DNA of 64,000 nucleotides. It comes from an archaeon. GTDB lineage: Archaea; Undinarchaeota; CAZHTU01; JBDRCC01. The notes under the pieces are model-generated. The model saw only the letters and a program-made list of their open reading frames with translations. It searched no databases and was not told where the DNA came from. Of this stretch, positions 1 to 9,012 are shown piece after piece (within the stretch, counting starts at the first letter, position 1; each line of letters begins with the position of its first letter). Location of the stretch: contig JBDRCC010000007.1 in the NCBI GenBank assembly GCA_043822065.1, forward strand, positions 1-64,000. The letters are read 5' to 3'. The position numbers and the translations under genes were made by a program.

Positions 1-939
1 TTCCTCTTCAAGCTTGACGGCGGCGTCCCGAAGCCGCTTCCGCAGGACGTTGCTGGATACTTCGACTACGCCCCGCGGGACCTGGCATCCGCGATCCGGC
101 AGGAAATCGCGCTCGCACTCCAGCAGTTTGGCATAAAGGTGGAGGCAAGCCACCACGAGTGTGCTGTCGGGCAGCACGAGATTGACTTTGAATATGCCGA
201 CGCCCTGCGAACTGCAGACAACGCAGTCACATTCAAGCACACTGTCAAGTCCGTCGCTTACCAGCACGACATGTATGCGACATTCATGCCAAAGCCGATA
301 TTCGGGATTGCAGGCTCGGGGATGCACGTCCACCAGTCCCTCTTCGACAAGAAGGGCAGCAATGCGTTTTTCGACAGCAAGGACAAGTACCACCTCTCGG
401 ATGTTGCGCGCCATTTCGTCGCGGGACAGCTTGAGCATATCAAAGGAATTTCTGCAGTCCTCAGCCCAACGGTAAACTCATACAAGCGGCTTGTCCACGG
501 CTATGAGGCGCCGGTCTACATATGCTGGGCGCAGAGGAACCGCTCCGCCCTCATACGCATACCTAGATACACTCCTGGAAAAGAGAAGGCGGTCCGCGCC
601 GAGCTAAGGTGCCCGGACCCGTCTGCAAACCCGTACACTGCGTTCGCGCTCATGCTCGCCGCAGGGCTTGACGGGATAAAAAACAAGACCGAGCCGCCAG
701 CCCCTGTGGAGGAGGACGTCTACAAGTTCGACGACAGCAGGCTGAAGGAGCTTGGCATGGCGACCCTGCCGGTCGACCTCGGGCACGCGATTGAGCTGTT
801 CAAGGACAGCCGGCTTGCGAAAGACACACTCGGCCCGCACGCGTTTGACTACTACCTCGCAGGGAAGAAGGCGGAATGGCGCGAGTACAGGATGCACGTG
901 TCGGACTGGGAGGTAAACCGGTACCTCAAGCTCCTCTGA
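1..939 (+). CDS. glnA: Glutamine synthetase type I (5' truncated by window edge)
   Basis: Frame open from base 1; motifs HHECAVGQHEI, TFMPKP..GSGMHVHQSL, NSYKRL, NRSALIRIP, ELRCPDP. Confidence 0.95.
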   Translation, partial: FLFKLDGGVPKPLPQDVAGYFDYAPRDLASAIRQEIALALQQFGIKVEASHHECAVGQHEIDFEYADALRTADNAVTFKHTVKSVAYQHDMYATFMPKPIFGIAGSGMHVHQSLFDKKGSNAFFDSKDKYHLSDVARHFVAGQLEHIKGISAVLSPTVNSYKRLVHGYEAPVYICWAQRNRSALIRIPRYTPGKEKAVRAELRCPDPSANPYTAFALMLAAGLDGIKNKTEPPAPVEEDVYKFDDSRLKELGMATLPVDLGHAIELFKDSRLAKDTLGPHAFDYYLAGKKAEWREYRMHVSDWEVNRYLKLL

Positions 940-977
940 CAGCAAACTCTTTAAAGAAATCCGCGTTTAACCGTAGC

Positions 978-2267
978 ATGTTCGTACCAATCGGGGAGAT
1001 TCTCGAAGGGAAGCACACCGGCAAGAGCGTCAGCATCCGGGGCTGGGTATACCGCACTAGGAGCAGCAACAATTTCGTCTTTGCCGTAATCCGTGACTCC
1101 AGCGGAGTTATCCAGTGCACGGTCAAGAGAGAGTCATCCGCGCCGCTTTTTGTCGAAGCAAGCAAGGCGACGATAGAGTCCTCAGTCCGGCTTACCGGCA
1201 AGGTCAAGGCGGACAAGCGCGCACCCGGCGGGCACGAGCTCGAAGTCGAGACATTCGAAATAGTCGGGCTGGCAGAGCCGTTCCCAATCGAGGGCGGGGA
1301 GACTGACGAGTTCCTCCTCGACATGCGCCACCTGTGGCTCCGCTCAAGGCAGATGAACTCCGTCTTCAAGGTGCGCTCAACGGCATTTGGCTCCATCCAT
1401 GAATACCTTCGCAAGGAGGGCTACTGCGAAACACACCCGCCGATGTTTGTCTCCGGCGCCTGCGAAGGCGGTTCGACCCTGTTCGAAGTCCCGTACTTCG
1501 GCAGGAAGGCTTACCTGTCCCAGTCCTGGCAGCTGTACGCCGAGGCAATGATTACCACAGTCGAAAAGCTGTACACAATCGCACCGTCCTTCCGGGCTGA
1601 AAAATCCCGCACCCGCAAGCACCTTACTGAATTCTGGCACGCGGAAGTCGAGGCGGCGTGGGCGGACCTCAACGAGATGATGGACGTCGGTGAGGGCCTC
1701 ATTTCCCACATCTGCCAGAAAGTAGCCAAGGAGAACTCAGCTGAGCTCGAGTCGCTTGGCAGGAAAGCCCCAGACCTCAAGGCGGTCAAGCCGCCGTTCA
1801 AGCGGATACGCTACGACGAGGCGATCGACATAATCAACAAGCGCGGAGTCAAGATTGAGTGGGGTGACGACCTCGGCGTTGAGCACGAGCGCGCCATAGT
1901 CGAGGGCGAAACGAAGCCAGTTTTCATTACCCACTACCCGACGAAGGCGAAGCCGTTCTACCACAAATACGACCCGGACGACCACGATTACGTCCTTTGC
2001 TTCGACTGCATCGCGCCAGAGGGCTACGGTGAGATAATTGGCGGCGGGCAGCGCGAGGACGACCAGAATCTCCTGCTTGAGCGGATGAAAGCAGAGGGCA
2101 TAGACCCCACATCCTATGGCTGGTACCTTGACTTAAGGAAATACGGCTCCGTCCCGCACAGCGGTTTCGGCCTCGGCACTGACCGGGTCATAACCTGGAT
2201 ATCCAAGCTCGAGCACATACGCGACGCAATCCCGTTCCCGCGGACGATAAACCGCATCTACCCCTAA
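978..2267 (+). CDS. asnS: Asparaginyl-tRNA synthetase
   Basis: OB-fold N-terminus (RGWVYR), LDMRHLWLR, YLSQSWQLY, FRAEKSRTRKHLTEF, GEIIGGGQRE, PHSGFGLG; ATG at 978. Confidence 0.88.
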   Translation: MFVPIGEILEGKHTGKSVSIRGWVYRTRSSNNFVFAVIRDSSGVIQCTVKRESSAPLFVEASKATIESSVRLTGKVKADKRAPGGHELEVETFEIVGLAEPFPIEGGETDEFLLDMRHLWLRSRQMNSVFKVRSTAFGSIHEYLRKEGYCETHPPMFVSGACEGGSTLFEVPYFGRKAYLSQSWQLYAEAMITTVEKLYTIAPSFRAEKSRTRKHLTEFWHAEVEAAWADLNEMMDVGEGLISHICQKVAKENSAELESLGRKAPDLKAVKPPFKRIRYDEAIDIINKRGVKIEWGDDLGVEHERAIVEGETKPVFITHYPTKAKPFYHKYDPDDHDYVLCFDCIAPEGYGEIIGGGQREDDQNLLLERMKAEGIDPTSYGWYLDLRKYGSVPHSGFGLGTDRVITWISKLEHIRDAIPFPRTINRIYP

Positions 2268-2269
2268 GC

Positions 2270-2292
2270 CCTTTCTTTTAAAAAAAGAAAGG
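2270..2292 (+). terminator. Inverted repeat/hairpin after asnS
   Basis: CCTTTCTTTT...AAAAGAAAGG immediately after the stop codon. Confidence 0.45.
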
Positions 2293-2349
2293 CCTACAGT
2301 CTACCCCAAAGAAAACCTTTTTAACTCGACTGAACTAACTACAGACCAT

Positions 2350-2427
2350 GCCCCGGTGGTGTAGCCCGGCCAAGCATTCGAGCCTTTCGAGCTTGAGACA
2401 CGGATTCAAATTCCGTCCGGGGCACCA
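2350..2427 (+). tRNA. tRNA-Glu(TTC), CCA encoded
   Basis: GCCCCGG/CCGGGGC acceptor stem, anticodon arm CGAGC-CT TTC GA-GCTTG, T-loop TTCAAAT. Confidence 0.93.
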
Positions 2428-2430
2428 GTT

Positions 2431-2907
2431 CTAAAGGTTAGCAACCAACGTGCCCACGTAATACGTTATAATAATAACCGCTATTGCAATCAGGACGTGC
2501 TCGCCGATGGTCCCTATGACTGAATGCTCGCTCTTCGTCCCGAGATAATAGCTGAACGCCGTAAGCACCACCAGCCCGTAGGCTATGCAGACAAGAACTG
2601 CAGTCGGCATTGGGAAAACAAGAAATGGCAAAGCGAACGTCAGCGTGTAAACGAGCTTTGTGAAGAACGTTGCAGTGGTTGCCTCCCAGACCTCTTTCTT
2701 CGTGTGCTTTAGCTCGGCCTCCTCCGCAACGTGGATCCCCATGGCGTCCGAGAACGCGTCTGCTATCGCTACCGCTATTATCCCGCCAATCACCGCAAGA
2801 AAAGACTGTGTGCTTGAATACAATCCGACCATAATCCCTAAGGTGGTAATCGTGCCCGAAGTCACACCGAAGCTGAACCCGACCATGCGCGAATGGTTGT
2901 TTATCAC
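2431..2907 (-). CDS. VIT1/CCC1-like membrane protein
   Basis: FGVTSGTITTLG, IADAFSDAMGIHVAEE; several TM helices; start uncertain. Confidence 0.7.
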   Translation of the reverse strand: MINNHSRMVGFSFGVTSGTITTLGIMVGLYSSTQSFLAVIGGIIAVAIADAFSDAMGIHVAEEAELKHTKKEVWEATTATFFTKLVYTLTFALPFLVFPMPTAVLVCIAYGLVVLTAFSYYLGTKSEHSVIGTIGEHVLIAIAVIIITYYVGTLVANL

Positions 2908-3014
2908 AGCCTACTAAACCCGCACACCTTCTTAAAATTTCTCCCAAAAGCGATAATTCAAAACCTTTTTAAAGCTAGGTGGCAATAGATAGTCACCAAC
3001 TTCTACATACCAAA

Positions 3015-3134
3015 ATGGCAAAGTGGGCTTATAAATACAAGAAGACGAAGAGAAGGAAATGCCGCTGGAAATGGCGCCGGAAGAAGCAGAGGCGCATGAA
3101 AGCGCAGCACAAGCGGCGCGTAGGCAAGTTATAA
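3015..3134 (+). CDS. rpl41e: Small basic ribosomal protein eL41/eS32-like (39 aa, below ORF-track cutoff)
   Basis: Manual translation MAKWAYKYKKTKRRKCRWKWRRKKQRRMKAQHKRRVGKL; RWKW..K..RR pattern of archaeal eL41. Confidence 0.7.
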   Translation: MAKWAYKYKKTKRRKCRWKWRRKKQRRMKAQHKRRVGKL

Positions 3135-3193
3135 GTTTACTGGCATTTTGCTCTATCTCTGGCTTTATAAACTCTTAGGTCTACCTATCAGCC

Positions 3194-3988
3194 ATGACCG
3201 ATACTCCTAATCCGGAAATAGCAGAGCTAGTTGGAGCTCATTTAGGTGATGGTTGCATCAGCATTACAAAATCTTACAGTGAATATGTTCTATGCGGAGA
3301 CCGAATCGAAGAAAGGGACTACTATGATGATTTTATAGTGCCTGTATTTAACAGACAAGTAGCTAAACCTATCCTCGGTCATGCGATTGTTCCGAAGGAT
3401 TATCCAAGTGTAGGCACCTATGGGATATACGTATTTGATAGCCGAGTTACTGATTTCTATGTTTGCGACTTAGGCATACCTTCCGGCAAAAAGGATAGGA
3501 TATCCGTGCCTAAATGTATTATTGAATCCGAGGATCCAACATTGTACAAGTCGTTGCTCCGTGGTTTGATAGATACTGACGGCTCGCTATTTTTTGAGAA
3601 AGGTTACAGTCGATGTAACTTGAAATGGAAGCGGGAGCACCACTATCGGCCCAAGATAAAAATAGGCGTAATCTCTAACATGTTAATCTCAGATGTGAAG
3701 CGAATGTTGGGCTTCTTGGGGATAGATTCACGAATAAAGAAGCCATACGCTGGCAGAAAAAATGAGGAAGTTCTACACGAGTTAATCATAGATACGCAAA
3801 ATTCTTTTTTAACTTATTGTTCAGAAATTGGCTTCAGAAACCCTAAGCATGCCACAAAACTAAATATTTGGGAAAGATATGGCTGCTGTCCGCCCCATAC
3901 GACCTTAAACCAACGAAGAAAAATACTTAAAGAAAACCGCGCTTCTTTAAACTACCTTAGTGCGCGGGAGTACCCGAGTCTGGTCTAA
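3194..3988 (+). CDS. Free-standing two-motif LAGLIDADG homing-endonuclease-like protein
   Basis: IAELVGAHLGDG and LLRGLIDTDGS motifs, IGFRNPKH; AT-richer than flanks; stop codon lies inside tRNA-Leu. Confidence 0.85.
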   Translation: MTDTPNPEIAELVGAHLGDGCISITKSYSEYVLCGDRIEERDYYDDFIVPVFNRQVAKPILGHAIVPKDYPSVGTYGIYVFDSRVTDFYVCDLGIPSGKKDRISVPKCIIESEDPTLYKSLLRGLIDTDGSLFFEKGYSRCNLKWKREHHYRPKIKIGVISNMLISDVKRMLGFLGIDSRIKKPYAGRKNEEVLHELIIDTQNSFLTYCSEIGFRNPKHATKLNIWERYGCCPPHTTLNQRRKILKENRASLNYLSAREYPSLV

Positions 3989-4106
3989 GGGGCAGGAGAG
4001 TTTTTAGGTCCGCCTATTACTCTGCCAAACTTAAGATTAGCCCAAGGCTAATAAGCCATCCTGTGGCTTAGTGCCTCCGAGTGTTCAAATCACTCCTCCC
4101 GCACCA
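3964..4106 (+). tRNA. tRNA-Leu(TAA) with two BHB introns (3997-4028 at 30/31; 4036-4057 at 37/38)
   Basis: GCGGGAG/CTCCCGC-ACCA; spliced anticodon arm CAGGA-CT TAA GA-TCCTG; long variable arm; both introns fold into bulge-helix-bulge. Confidence 0.88.
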
Positions 4107-4114
4107 TTTTATCA

Positions 4115-5164
4115 CTAAAAGAAAATCACTATCTCAAAGACTATAAGCACGACAATCAGCGTTTCCATAATCAGCATCAGGGCGTTTGTAATCGAAGCCC
4201 GCTCCGCGTCCCGTGCCTCGTAAAGCATGACATTTATGCTCTCTAGGTCGCCCATTTTCCTGACTATATTCCTCAGCCAGCCGTCCAGCCTGAACCTCTC
4301 GCTCGCGGCGCCGTACACCCTCGCCAGGTACCAGTCCCCGCTTATCTTTATTATGTTCGCGATGTCCTCCATCATGTCGCTTATCATTATCTTCGTCTCA
4401 GCCACGTCCTTAACCACTTTGTTTGTCTTCCCGAAGCTTGGTATAAGGCCGACGCGCTTGGTCATGCCCTTCATATCTTCGTATACCTTGAGCACTCGTT
4501 TGTCAAGTATCGTGTCGTAGGTCCGCAGGGCGATAAGCTGCACTAAGGCGACGTTTATTATGTCAACGATGTCGCCGAAGTCGCCTTCTGGGTCGAACAC
4601 GACCGCGCCCATATAGTCTATAACTGCCAGGTCGTGCTCCTCGAACGAAAGGCTGTGCCGCATACAGTCTGATATCTCCTGTTTGCTCGGCTTTTTTACC
4701 TGCCGCAGGAGCTGGGTGAACCAGACCTCTCCTCTGTCAGGCTTGCCCTTGAACAGCAAAAAAGCGTATGCCCTTACAATCTCTACATACTCATAAGCAT
4801 TTACCATCGCAGGCTCTATCTTCCTCCGCATCTGCGAGAATACCTCCTGCGCCATTTTGTGCATCTCCTCAGTCTCAAGGCGCGTAACAAGCTCCTGCGC
4901 CTCCTCATGCCGCTCTATGTCCCTCTCAAACTTGATGAGTATCTCGCCTATCGGATAAACCTCAGCAAACACCCGAAGGGTATGGCTTCCGACAGTCGTC
5001 GTGCCAAGCTCGAATACGACAGCATTCAGGCCGACATCGGTGTACTTTTTTGTCAGCGTCTTTTCAGCCACCGGCGTCTTCTTGAACTTCTTTTCCTGAA
5101 GCTGCCTGAGGTCGACTTCACCCCCCACATCAAAGACATATTCCAGTATTACTTTGCCTTGCAT
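4115..5164 (-). CDS. Hypothetical protein with C-terminal TM helix (RMD1/DUF155-like)
   Basis: GDWYLARVY..ASERFRLDGW, terminal METLIVVLIVFEI. Confidence 0.55.
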   Translation of the reverse strand: MQGKVILEYVFDVGGEVDLRQLQEKKFKKTPVAEKTLTKKYTDVGLNAVVFELGTTTVGSHTLRVFAEVYPIGEILIKFERDIERHEEAQELVTRLETEEMHKMAQEVFSQMRRKIEPAMVNAYEYVEIVRAYAFLLFKGKPDRGEVWFTQLLRQVKKPSKQEISDCMRHSLSFEEHDLAVIDYMGAVVFDPEGDFGDIVDIINVALVQLIALRTYDTILDKRVLKVYEDMKGMTKRVGLIPSFGKTNKVVKDVAETKIMISDMMEDIANIIKISGDWYLARVYGAASERFRLDGWLRNIVRKMGDLESINVMLYEARDAERASITNALMLIMETLIVVLIVFEIVIFF

Positions 5165-5239
5165 CTATCCCTCAGTATGGCGCACGCCGCGCCAGCTGAA
5201 TACATCTCCACCCTTAATAAATAACTGCCGGCAAGTAGC

Positions 5240-5776
5240 CTAATGCTCAAATATTTCCTTTTTAATCCATTTGGCCGCGGCATGCTCGGCGTCAACCACC
5301 CTCCGCTCAAGGACGTGGAGGCCTCCCCGGAACGCGCTTATCGCAACGACTGCAGAAAGCGCGAGGAATAGGATTCCTATCATGTGCGGCTGCCGGATGG
5401 AAAACGCGAAGGTAAGCGCGGTTCCTGCCGCAGGGGGGTGTTCGACATCAAAATACGCCATCAGAATGGCTGCAATGGTCACGGAGGCCGCCCCCAAAAT
5501 AACCATTTCTTCTAGCTCGGACATAAACGGGAGCATCATCCCCTCAAATCCGTAAACAATAATAAATCCAACTATCGCGGCAGTAAGGTGTCCGCCGAAG
5601 ACGCACCTGAGCCGGCTGCTCTTTGCCTTCGGCATGAAATAAATCGCAAAGACTGTGGAAGAGATGGATGCGAGGAGTATCGGCTGGTTCAGCACTCCCC
5701 GCAGGATGTAAACTATAAAGGCTATAGTGCAGAATACGGATAGCCCCTTTACCGTGGTGCCATATATGTTCCGCAT
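5240..5776 (-). CDS. HPP family membrane protein
   Basis: VFGGH and HPPAAGTAL motifs. Confidence 0.85.
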   Translation of the reverse strand: MRNIYGTTVKGLSVFCTIAFIVYILRGVLNQPILLASISSTVFAIYFMPKAKSSRLRCVFGGHLTAAIVGFIIVYGFEGMMLPFMSELEEMVILGAASVTIAAILMAYFDVEHPPAAGTALTFAFSIRQPHMIGILFLALSAVVAISAFRGGLHVLERRVVDAEHAAAKWIKKEIFEH

Positions 5777-6040
5777 CTACATCATGTGGTAGGCTATTGC
5801 GAAGAGGATTATCGCCAGTACCACGACTATGCCGCCGACAATCAGGGCAGACTGGCCTATCAGCGCGCCAATCGCCTTAAGGGGCATCACTGGAACTGAA
5901 GTCAGGAAGCCGCCCTTGCCGGTGCCAATCTTCTGTACTTGCATTATTCCAATGACGCCTACTGCAAGGAATATTATGCCTAGCAGCACGAGGATTATCA
6001 CTGGTGCGTCCATCCCGCGGTTTGATCTAATCATTTTCAC
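5777..6040 (-). CDS. Small membrane protein, possible class III signal peptide
   Basis: MKMIRSNRG followed by hydrophobic helix; second TM at C-terminus. Confidence 0.55.
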   Translation of the reverse strand: MKMIRSNRGMDAPVIILVLLGIIFLAVGVIGIMQVQKIGTGKGGFLTSVPVMPLKAIGALIGQSALIVGGIVVVLAIILFAIAYHMM

Positions 6041-6105
6041 CCTCCTTATGTGGTGCTTAAGCTAAAAACACATCTCTTTATAAATCTTTGTAGGATATAT
6101 CCCGC

Positions 6106-6855
6106 ATGAAAGAGACTGCAGTTCTTGCAGCGACCGAAGCCGGCAAAATCCTCTTTGAAAATTTCGGCAAAGTGCGCGAGACCAGGAGCAAGGGTGACCG
6201 GGACCTTGTGACAAACGTCGACCTGCTCGCCGAGAAAAAGGTCCTTGAGGTGATTAAGTCCGCCTTCCCGGACCACAGGATAATCTCAGAGGAGGCAGGC
6301 GACAGCAAAATAGATTCAGACTACACCTGGCATGTCGATCCGCTTGATGGGACGCACAACTACCTCTATGGCATCCCTTACTACGGCGTTTCCATTGGGC
6401 TCTACAAAAAAGGCAATCCGCACCTTGGCGCAATCTTCCTCCCGCACTTCAACGAGCTGTATTATGCTGAAAAGGGCAAGGGCGCTTTCCTGAACGGCAA
6501 GCCCATACACGTTTCCGACAGGCCAGCCAGCGAGTCAATCTTCAACATGGACTCCCAGTTCCCCCGCGAGCCGGAGTGGTACATATCCTCCCTTGGCAGG
6601 CTCGTCCCGAAGTTTTTCGGCTTCAGGGTCATGGGAAGCGCCGTCACGAGCCTGGCATTCGTCGCCAAGGGCACGATAGGCGCGTGGCTTACCTTCATAG
6701 CCAAGACCTGGGACGTCGCCGCAGGCAGCCTATTGGTCACCGAGGCAGGCGGGAAGGTTACGAACCTTGACGGGAAGCCTTGGGCCCCTGGCAGGTTTCC
6801 CCTCCTCGCAACCAACGGCAAAATCCACGGTGAAGTGCTTTCCCTCCTGCGATAA
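6106..6855 (+). CDS. suhB: Inositol monophosphatase family (SuhB-like)
   Basis: ISEE, WHVDPLDGTHNY, WDVAAGSLLVTEAGG. Confidence 0.9.
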   Translation: MKETAVLAATEAGKILFENFGKVRETRSKGDRDLVTNVDLLAEKKVLEVIKSAFPDHRIISEEAGDSKIDSDYTWHVDPLDGTHNYLYGIPYYGVSIGLYKKGNPHLGAIFLPHFNELYYAEKGKGAFLNGKPIHVSDRPASESIFNMDSQFPREPEWYISSLGRLVPKFFGFRVMGSAVTSLAFVAKGTIGAWLTFIAKTWDVAAGSLLVTEAGGKVTNLDGKPWAPGRFPLLATNGKIHGEVLSLLR

Positions 6856-6887
6856 TATTTTATACTACCCTTTGAATTAATCAGTCC

Positions 6888-7196
6888 ATGCCAGACAGAA
6901 AGATGCCGCTCGGCAAGATTGACTTTGCCAGGCTTTACGAGATAAAGGACCAGATAGCCTACATCTCCAGGCGCGACGTTGAGGACAAGGAAGGCAGCGT
7001 CACGGGCTGGGCTGGGCTCGTCATCTACCGGGGCGGCCGGGCCGAGGTTGAATACACCTGCCCGCACTGCAGGAAGGCAGGCTACTCCACAGAAGGCATA
7101 GTCCGCGCAAAAAACGGCACGTTCACGTTCACCTGCGGAAACTGCAAGAAGAAGGTCAAGCTTCCAAAGCTGAAGTCCCTTGCAAAAGAGAAATAG
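6888..7196 (+). CDS. Zinc-ribbon protein
   Basis: CPHC...CGNC. Confidence 0.6.
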   Translation: MPDRKMPLGKIDFARLYEIKDQIAYISRRDVEDKEGSVTGWAGLVIYRGGRAEVEYTCPHCRKAGYSTEGIVRAKNGTFTFTCGNCKKKVKLPKLKSLAKEK

Positions 7197-7205
7197 CTAT
7201 TTCGT

Positions 7206-7277
7206 GCCTCCGTAGCTCAGTGGTAGAGTGCGTCCTTGGTAAGGACGAGGTCGCGAGTTCAATCCTCGCCGGGGGCT
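7206..7277 (+). tRNA. tRNA-Thr(GGT)
   Basis: GCCTCCG/CGGGGGC, CGTCC-TT GGT AA-GGACG, GTTCAATC. Confidence 0.93.
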
Positions 7278-7316
7278 CTCATAACAATTAAATACTTCTA
7301 AACAGAATGAATCTGC

Positions 7317-8141
7317 ATGCCACACGAAGTAATGCTCGAATTTGCGGATTTCTACTCAGACACTCTGTTCACCGAGGTCGCCGAGGAATACACGGCGCTT
7401 CGGGCTGCTGGCTTTGAGGCATACCTCCGGGCGAGGCAGTCTGAGGCGGAAGCCCAGCTCAGGGAGGCGAAAGAGCAGTATTCCGCTCACCATACGCAAG
7501 TCGAAGACGCTCTTGGCGCTAAACAAGCCCTCACGCAGCAGGTGTCGGCCGTTTTAGAGGCGCTCAACAAAAACCGCAGCTCCTGTGAGGTGAGGCGTCA
7601 CCACTTAGTCCTACTGGATACTGTCGAGGACATTGATGACACAATCAAGCAGGAGGGCACATTCTGGTACTGCAGATGCCGCATGCTCCAGGACGAGATA
7701 GCGTGGATTGACTATCTCCTCAAGCACAAGGCAGCCGTCGTCAAGAAAGGCGCACTCAGAGAAACCTCTACCGACAGTATAGTGAAAAAACTAAAGGGCA
7801 CGGAAGTGGGCTCCCACCTATTGCTCTTTAGGGACTACATTTCAAAGCTCGAAGGCGCCTTGGAAGCAGAACTCGATAATAAAACAGAAGAAAAGCTTAA
7901 AAAACAGCTCCTCAAAATCCTGCATGTCTCCCCGGCAGAGTTCGAGAATGCGACCCTGAAAGAGCAGTACAACTTCATTCTGAGGTTTTATGAGCGCCTG
8001 CTCGAGATGCAGGAGAAGGACCTTAAGAAGGCAAAGGATGCCACTGAGTTTGCCCTCTCAGTCTCATTGATGGCAGTCATTGGAAAGGAGCTCGATATGC
8101 TAGAATACACTTTGACATTAGCAATAGAGGCGATAGGCTGA
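7317..8141 (+). CDS. Hypothetical helical/coiled-coil protein
   Basis: 274-aa ORF with ATG and upstream TATA-like element; no family recognised. Confidence 0.6.
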   Translation: MPHEVMLEFADFYSDTLFTEVAEEYTALRAAGFEAYLRARQSEAEAQLREAKEQYSAHHTQVEDALGAKQALTQQVSAVLEALNKNRSSCEVRRHHLVLLDTVEDIDDTIKQEGTFWYCRCRMLQDEIAWIDYLLKHKAAVVKKGALRETSTDSIVKKLKGTEVGSHLLLFRDYISKLEGALEAELDNKTEEKLKKQLLKILHVSPAEFENATLKEQYNFILRFYERLLEMQEKDLKKAKDATEFALSVSLMAVIGKELDMLEYTLTLAIEAIG

Positions 8142-8192
8142 ACCTGTTAAAATGGCTATTCCGCGCATTTGCTACCCATCTCTCGCCGAGGT

Positions 8193-8975
8193 CTATCTCA
8201 GCTCTTTTGAGACAATCTTCTGGAACTCTTTGTCCCACTTGTTTGCCAGCTCTATGAACTCGAACCGTCTGGATATTATCCCCGGCACCGTGTCCGCGTC
8301 CCGCAGGCTCTCGAGCGACTCCCTCATTTTTTTCTTCCAGTGCTTGTTGAACTCCCCCTCAAGCTGCATATGGAGGTCCCTCGTGAAGCCGCGCGCGTCA
8401 GTGTACCTCCGCAGGCACTTCACCCCGCAGTCAAAGAACTTCTCGTTGTGCGTCATGCAGAAGCCGTAAAAATATGGGCAGATGTCGAAGTGTGCGTATG
8501 TCTTATTGTAGCCTTTCTCCCGCAACTCCTGGTAGTTGCCCTTGCAGTCATTCATTGCCAGGTTCATGAAGACAAAAAGCTTTGAGAGCGCGTAGGGCGC
8601 TATCTTCCCCTTCGTAGTAGCGGCGAAGCCCTCTGGATACCCGTCAGCATCCCTGAATCCCTTTTCCTCGTCCCGCCCGCCAAGGCAGTTCCTGACCGTC
8701 TTCATGCCAATCTCCCAGTCCCGCTCTATCTTGTAAGTCTTCCCCGCCCGGTAAGATGCGCAGCACTCAGGGCAGAATGGGACGCAGAAGTGCTTTTCGC
8801 CGTTCTCGTGCCAGGTGAACTCATACTCGTAGAACCTAATCTTTTCTAAGCTCTCCAGCGCCCTATAGCAGACTTTCCTGTTGAACTCAACAAACTTTTT
8901 CTCAAGGTATGGAATCTCTTTCGGGAAGATGACCGTCACGTTTTTCGATGCCGTTTTATTCACTCCTTCTTTCAA
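8193..8975 (-). CDS. Hypothetical Cys-rich protein
   Basis: CVPFCPECC and CPYFYGFCMTH...C clusters; start uncertain. Confidence 0.55.
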   Translation of the reverse strand: MKEGVNKTASKNVTVIFPKEIPYLEKKFVEFNRKVCYRALESLEKIRFYEYEFTWHENGEKHFCVPFCPECCASYRAGKTYKIERDWEIGMKTVRNCLGGRDEEKGFRDADGYPEGFAATTKGKIAPYALSKLFVFMNLAMNDCKGNYQELREKGYNKTYAHFDICPYFYGFCMTHNEKFFDCGVKCLRRYTDARGFTRDLHMQLEGEFNKHWKKKMRESLESLRDADTVPGIISRRFEFIELANKWDKEFQKIVSKELR

Positions 8976-9012
8976 GCTTTTTTAATATGCCGTGCGACCC
9001 TTTCATATAAAC

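Noticed and set aside
3194-3988. Intein or group I intron host for the LAGLIDADG
   Set aside because: No HINT splicing motifs, extein or interrupted host gene are visible.
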